Shown piece after piece: positions 59,014-64,000 of a stretch of 64,000 nt of DNA; the stretch's first letter is position 1; each line of letters starts with the position of its first letter. Origin of the DNA: Candidatus Poribacteria bacterium. GTDB lineage: Bacteria; Poribacteria; WGA-4E; WGA-3G. The stretch is from assembly GCA_963665235.2 (NCBI GenBank), contig CAXXLX010000002.1:1-64000 (forward strand), in the 5' to 3' direction. The notes beneath the pieces are model-generated. The model was given only the letters and a program-made list of their open reading frames with translations. It was not told the origin of the DNA and ran no database searches. The translations under genes were made by a program, and so were the position numbers.

Positions 59014-59520
59014 ATGCTGAGGGTCTCCACACCGAATATTTTGATGAAAAATAGTGAAACGGATAACGTCACTTTCTTCGCGGAGCTGGAGCCGGCGTTG
59101 ATAAATGCACTAGCGCACATTAACCAGCTGCCTGAGGAAAAAAGAGCACAGTGGCGGCGCGCCATCTTGTATATCAGTTTGCTGATTTTGCATCGGCGCC
59201 CGTCTGAAGAACACGATGACTTGAATACATTGGTTCAAGATCAGATACGAGATGAATCTCGTAAAAAGGAGGCAAGCGAAATGTCACAATCCATGGCGGA
59301 AAAGGCCTTCCAACAAGGCGAAGCACGCGGTGAGAAACGCGGTGCGCTGCGTGCGAAACGCCAAGCTACGCTAACATTACTCCAACTGCGTTTTGACAAC
59401 GTCCCCGACGCACTCATCCGAAAAATTAACGCAATGCGCAGCATTGCACGTCTTGATGCGATTTATGAAAAAGTCGCCCTTGCACCGACCCTCGAAGATA
59501 TCGACCCGGAAAATCTGTAA
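59014..59520 (+). pseudogene. 3' half of a second Rpn-family gene, with intact nested small ORF 59281-59520 (79 aa)
   Basis: LLILHRR...MSQSMAEKAFQQGEARGEKRG...LLQLRFDNVP...; internal AAGGAGG RBS before ATG 59281; no nuclease core upstream. Confidence 0.65.
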
Positions 59521-59570
59521 AAACACGGCGAACCGAAAATTGACAACCGTTCCAAAGGAGTATAACTAAA

Positions 59571-60137
59571 ATGCATAGAAATATCATAATCTTTAGCGTA
59601 ACCATACTTTTTATTATCAGCCTCATAACTGTGCTAAGTCTTCGCACTGTTCAAAGTCAGAACGATGTGGCGCAGCGCGGAAAATATCTCGTGGATACAG
59701 TAGGCGCATGTGGACATTGTCACACACCACGCGCCGGTGCCGAATATAACATGGATATGTACCTCGCCGGACATCCCAACGGAGAGGGGTATCCACGTTT
59801 CAATTTCAGCATGATGCAGCAAGGTATTTTTCTACTAACAGCACCACAGCTAACCGCATTTTCAGGACCGTTCGGCACCAGTTTTTCCACAAACTTAACC
59901 CCCGACAAAGAGACCGGACTCGGCGAATGGACAGAAAAGATGTTTATTGACGCAATGCGCACCGGACATCATCAAGGCGATAAAACTAACAGGAAAATTT
60001 TTCCGCCAATGCCCACCAAGCATTACGCCCTCATGAGTGATGCCGACCTCAAAGCGATTTGGGCGTACCTCCAAACGATTAAGCCTGTTAAAAACGAGGT
60101 GAGCCCACCCTTGAACCCACGAGGCCGCCCGTATTAG
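59571..60137 (+). CDS. Exported monoheme c-type cytochrome
   Basis: RGKYLV...CGHCHTPR, NLTPD.ETGLGEWT, PPMP, DLKAIWAYL. Confidence 0.88.
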   Translation: MHRNIIIFSVTILFIISLITVLSLRTVQSQNDVAQRGKYLVDTVGACGHCHTPRAGAEYNMDMYLAGHPNGEGYPRFNFSMMQQGIFLLTAPQLTAFSGPFGTSFSTNLTPDKETGLGEWTEKMFIDAMRTGHHQGDKTNRKIFPPMPTKHYALMSDADLKAIWAYLQTIKPVKNEVSPPLNPRGRPY

Positions 60138-60638
60138 ATTGCCATTCTCTGTTCAGAATAGGTTCGGTTATACCCCTATCGTTTGTATGCATGCTTTTGT
60201 AAGCGTGCATACAACACCCCTTAGTCACAAGCTGTTTTTTCTTCCATCCTTCCCCCCTTCCATCCTCCCCTCTTCCTGGCTCATAGTTTATCTCATAAAA
60301 TACAGCATCAGGTCTTCTCCCCTTCCATCCTTCCCCTCTTCCCCCCTTCCATCCTTCCGCCCTTATATCTATTCCTTTGACAAAAACCTTAAGAAAAACG
60401 TTGCAATATGCTACATAGTTGCATTTTACAACATAGCCTACTGAAACCCTTTACCCTCAACGCTTCCCCCCTATATATGCTACCAAAATTATTGTATTTT
60501 GCAACACCTGTTTAAAAGGACCTATCGGTCATTTTCTTATGTTCTCAGATTACAATTGTTAGGTCCCACCCGATAAAGCCTTGACAGACAAGGGTTTCTG
60601 TGAGGCGCGATATCTGAACATTAAGACCGATTTCCCTA

Positions 60639-60655
60639 TTGGCAAGGTTCTTGCA
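60639..60655 (+). promoter_or_regulatory. Candidate sigma-54 (-24/-12) promoter
   Basis: TTGGCAAGGTTCTTGCA fits GG-N10-GC; flanked by TGTTG-N-CAACA-like palindromes. Confidence 0.5.
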
Positions 60656-61192
60656 CATAATTCATACTATACCTTTAACTTGTACGAAAACCTTACACAC
60701 TCTAATTTTCATTTTAATTTGAAAACTTGTTTTTTTTGTGGTATAATTTATAAACAAATGTTGCAAAACACAACAATTTTAGGAGCGTATATAGGGAAAG
60801 AGCGTTGAAGGTAAAGGGATATAGGGGTATGTTGTAAAATGCAACGGTCCAGCAGATTACAACGTTTTGGTCTATGGTAAACGGGGAGGAGACTAGTTTT
60901 TTTAATATATAAATTATTCTTCTTCAATACCTGAATTAAACTTATAAGTCAAGTTTCTACCTAACGTGAGTTTGAAAAAAGTTTTCCCCTAGTATGAGGA
61001 GCGGGAAACCGGTTGCCCGAATACTGGGCGAGAAATCTGCTCCTTAGGGACGATATGTTTATAGTGTTATGGAAACCTATAGCAAGCGAAAGGGGTGTCT
61101 GACGCGCTTCAGATATGTTCTTAGAATCACAACATCTTGCTAATTGCTAATTTGCCAATTGCTAATCGCTAATAACAGAGGAGTATAGGACG

Positions 61193-63457
61193 ATGAATAA
61201 CAAAAAGACCGTATTATTTATTTTCACAACTATCTTATGTGCATGCCTTATGCATGCCACACTGATGAACGCATCGGCGCAGGTGGATAAGATATACTGG
61301 ACGGACCTTACAACGGGCAAAATTGTGCGCACAGATATCGATGGGACAGATAAAACAGAACTCGTCACGGGGTTGTCAAATCCGAGCGGGATTGCCTTGG
61401 ATGTTTCAGCAGGCAAAATCTATTGGACAGACCAAGGCTTCGGTAAAATCCTGGCTGCCAACCTTGATGGGTCAGATGAAACAGATGTCCTCACGGGCTT
61501 GTCAAAACCAACGGCTATTGCATTGACAAGTAGCAAGATATACTGGACTGACACCTCCGATTATAAAATCTATTCTGCCAACCTTGATGGGTCCAGTCAA
61601 ACCCCCCTTGTCTCGAACGTGTCATCATCCGGTATCGCCGTGACAAGTAGCAAGATATACTGGACAGACTATTCCGCTGATAAAATTCGGTCTGCGGACC
61701 TCACTGGCTCAAATCAAACAGACCTTATCACAACCGGAAGCTCCCCAGCCGGTATCGATGTCACAAGTAGCTACATATATTGGGTAGACACGCTAGCTGA
61801 TAAAATCCAGTACGCGCCGATTGCCGGGGGAACTGCTACAGACCTCATCACGACCGGATTGAATGTTCCAAGGAGTGTCGCCGTGACAAGCGAAAAGATA
61901 TATTGGGCGGAGTCGAACAGTGGCGAAATTGAGGTCGCGGACCTTCAGAACAATAGCATATCAAATAGAAAAACCCTCGTCAGTACAAATGCATGGAATG
62001 TCGCGCTGCTTATCGGTAAGAGTGAACCAGAGCAACCTACAAGTTTAACGGCGATTCCGAACGCGGATAAAACAGTGGCGTTGTCTTGGACAGCCCCCAC
62101 GAACACCGGCGGCTATTCTATCGATGGGTATGTCATCAAGCAAACAGGGCCCGCAGATAATACCTATAATACCACTAGCACTAGCTACACTACACCTGCT
62201 TTGGCTAATGGACAATATTCGTGGACAGTGGCTGCCAAGAACGTTGTAGGCACCAGTATCGCAAGCAGTTCCTCCTCGGCGAGAGTCTTTTCCCTGGACG
62301 TGGCTGATGCTGTGCCGGGGCTCAGCAGTCAAGAACTCTCGCAGCTCGCCGCACTGTTGAAGTATGATACTGTCATCTTCAATGAACTGCACAACGGCTC
62401 CGACGATGCCACGGACTGGCTGGAACTCCGCAATGTAAGCGCGGCCGCTATTGAACTTGACGACTATCAACTCACTATCCTAACAGGTGAAAGCAGTAGC
62501 GTCGTACAATTCCCCGCAGACACGGTCATTCCGGCAGGTGATGTGCTTTTAATCACCAACCCCGATACAGCATCAGCCGATATATCCGTTCTGTCTGTGG
62601 TTTCCGAAACGTTCGTGATACCGCAAACCGATTTCGCGCTAATTCTGCGAAGTCCCACGGCATTCAGCGATCTCGCTGGGAACTACTTTGAAGGGGACAT
62701 TCCGGCAACCGCCCCCGCATTCACCGTAGACACCGTGTGGGACCGCACCCAGCCAACTGTCTTCGGGTATCGTGCGGAAGCGTGGTCGAAGAGCACGTAT
62801 CAAAATGGACTCGGCTCTCCGGGCTATCAGCCTCTGATGCCATCGGTGGATATCAATAGCGATGGGGTTGTAAACATCTTTGATTTGGTATTAGTCGCCT
62901 CACAGTTCGGGACGACAAGCACAACTGCCGATCTGAATGGTGACGGCACTGTCAACATGGTTGATTTGGCTTTAGTTGCTGGTGCGTTAGGTCCCGCTAT
63001 CGGCGCACCGACTGCAAATCAGTCCAATGCGGCCATCGTCAACACTTGGCTCAAACTCGCGCGTGAAAACGCCGTAAACCTTGTTGTAACATCAATCCCG
63101 GAAGGATTTTCCTACCAGCGCGGTATAGCTATGCTTGAAGCGTTAGCACGTGCTTTAACCCCGGATACAACCGCCTTATTGGCGAACTATCCGAACCCGT
63201 TCAACCCAGAGACATGGATACCGTATCAGTTATCCAAAGCCGCTGATGTAACAATAACGATATATGCGTCAGATGGGAGCGTCGTTCGGACATTAGCACT
63301 GGGACATCAGGATGTGGGCATGTATAAAACCCGTAGTCAAGCCGCATATTGGGATGGCAAAAATGAGACAGGTGAGTCTGTAGCGAGCGGTGTGTATTTC
63401 TACACCCTCACCGCAGGCGATTTCTCTGCTACGCGCAAAATGCTCATCCTTAAATAA
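61193..63457 (+). CDS. Large exported protein: YWTD (LDL-receptor class B) propeller, FN3, lamin-tail-like, dockerin-like and C-terminal FlgD-Ig/sorting domain
   Basis: Repeated KIYWTD; LSWTAP...GY; IFNELHN..DWLEL; DINSDGVVNIFDL; LLANYPNPFNPETWIPYQL...SGVYFY. Confidence 0.88.
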   Translation: MNNKKTVLFIFTTILCACLMHATLMNASAQVDKIYWTDLTTGKIVRTDIDGTDKTELVTGLSNPSGIALDVSAGKIYWTDQGFGKILAANLDGSDETDVLTGLSKPTAIALTSSKIYWTDTSDYKIYSANLDGSSQTPLVSNVSSSGIAVTSSKIYWTDYSADKIRSADLTGSNQTDLITTGSSPAGIDVTSSYIYWVDTLADKIQYAPIAGGTATDLITTGLNVPRSVAVTSEKIYWAESNSGEIEVADLQNNSISNRKTLVSTNAWNVALLIGKSEPEQPTSLTAIPNADKTVALSWTAPTNTGGYSIDGYVIKQTGPADNTYNTTSTSYTTPALANGQYSWTVAAKNVVGTSIASSSSSARVFSLDVADAVPGLSSQELSQLAALLKYDTVIFNELHNGSDDATDWLELRNVSAAAIELDDYQLTILTGESSSVVQFPADTVIPAGDVLLITNPDTASADISVLSVVSETFVIPQTDFALILRSPTAFSDLAGNYFEGDIPATAPAFTVDTVWDRTQPTVFGYRAEAWSKSTYQNGLGSPGYQPLMPSVDINSDGVVNIFDLVLVASQFGTTSTTADLNGDGTVNMVDLALVAGALGPAIGAPTANQSNAAIVNTWLKLARENAVNLVVTSIPEGFSYQRGIAMLEALARALTPDTTALLANYPNPFNPETWIPYQLSKAADVTITIYASDGSVVRTLALGHQDVGMYKTRSQAAYWDGKNETGESVASGVYFYTLTAGDFSATRKMLILK

Positions 63458-63479
63458 CGTGTTAATAGGCTCTCTAGCT

Positions 63480-63772
63480 GTCAGAATCGCGGAGACTACA
63501 GAGGACACAGAGGGCACGGAAAAAGAGGTTTTTTTCTAACCTGCTCGAATTTGTGAAGGGAAACTGAAATGCACAAAAGACCCCTTCCGCGTTCTCCGCG
63601 CCTCCCGCGATTCAGACAAAGGAGCACGGCACGTAGGGGCGGGGTCTCCCCGCCCGAGAGGTGCGATAAGATAAAAAAATAATACGGTTCTTTCGTCTGA
63701 GCCGGGTCGGTAACAAAGGAGCTCTTAATTCTGCGTTTTCCGCGCCTTCCGCGCTAATCCGCGATTCAGACA
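63480..63772. repeat. Cluster of REP-like elements (GAATCGCGG / CCGCGATTCAGAC family and one GTAGGGGCGGGG REP)
   Basis: Inverted copies at 63481, 63586-63617 and 63730-63772; related to 58555-58685. Confidence 0.55.
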
Positions 63773-63795
63773 AACAAAAATTTAAGGAGAACAAA

Positions 63796-64000
63796 ATGTT
63801 AAAACGATTGACAGTTACAACCCTTTTTCTTATCTTGACCCTTTCCGTTTTCATGTTAGGCGTTGACGAGGCATTCGCCGCACCAAATCCGCCAAGCTCA
63901 TTCACCGTATCCAAAGTGACCAGCAACGGCTTTAAAATCAGCTGGTCGGGCGGCCCGGGCTTTGGATGGTCCGCTATAGGTCACAACTTCCGACACCGAG
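63796..64000 (+). CDS. Exported FN3-domain protein, N-terminus (runs off the window)
   Basis: AAGGAG RBS; signal peptide MLKRLTVTTLFLILTLSVFMLGVDEAFA, then APNPPSSFTVSKVTSNGFKISW. Confidence 0.7.
   Translation, partial: MLKRLTVTTLFLILTLSVFMLGVDEAFAAPNPPSSFTVSKVTSNGFKISWSGGPGFGWSAIGHNFRHR

Overview
Bacterial chromosomal window, very likely Candidatus Poribacteria. The inference rests on LamG proteins ending in V(D/E)PxxKLTTTWGxIK, a YWTD/FN3/dockerin protein ending in LLANYPNPFNPETWIPYQL, PhyH and WD40-dockerin proteins, and many REP/MITE elements. Housekeeping content: tRNA-Glu, tRNA-Lys and tRNA-Arg, purA, rpsI-rplM, an ArsA/Get3-like ATPase, hslVU, dut-thyA-folA, nagA, and the str-S10-spc-alpha ribosomal superoperon (30.3-50.7 kb), which lacks rpmD, adk, map and infA here. 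The main accessory feature is a defence-like island at 11.7-20.6 kb: a HEPN-DUF499 ATPase, then an Rpn-type PD-(D/E)XK nuclease embedded in an array of five ~70-74 aa C-terminal-domain cassettes, then a DUF1156 adenine methyltransferase and a GIY-YIG nuclease. Each cassette has its own RBS, and they are joined by a conserved ~135-bp hairpin-forming junction with a 291-bp period. Intergenic DNA holds several MITE families. One family (TACCATTT ends, TAA/TTA target duplication) carries tandem arrays of a 24-bp GTAG-type REP palindrome; these arrays are not CRISPRs. Ribosomal proteins S12 and S5 carry substitutions at normally invariant decoding-centre and antibiotic-related residues. All calls come from reading the sequence only; no database searches were run.
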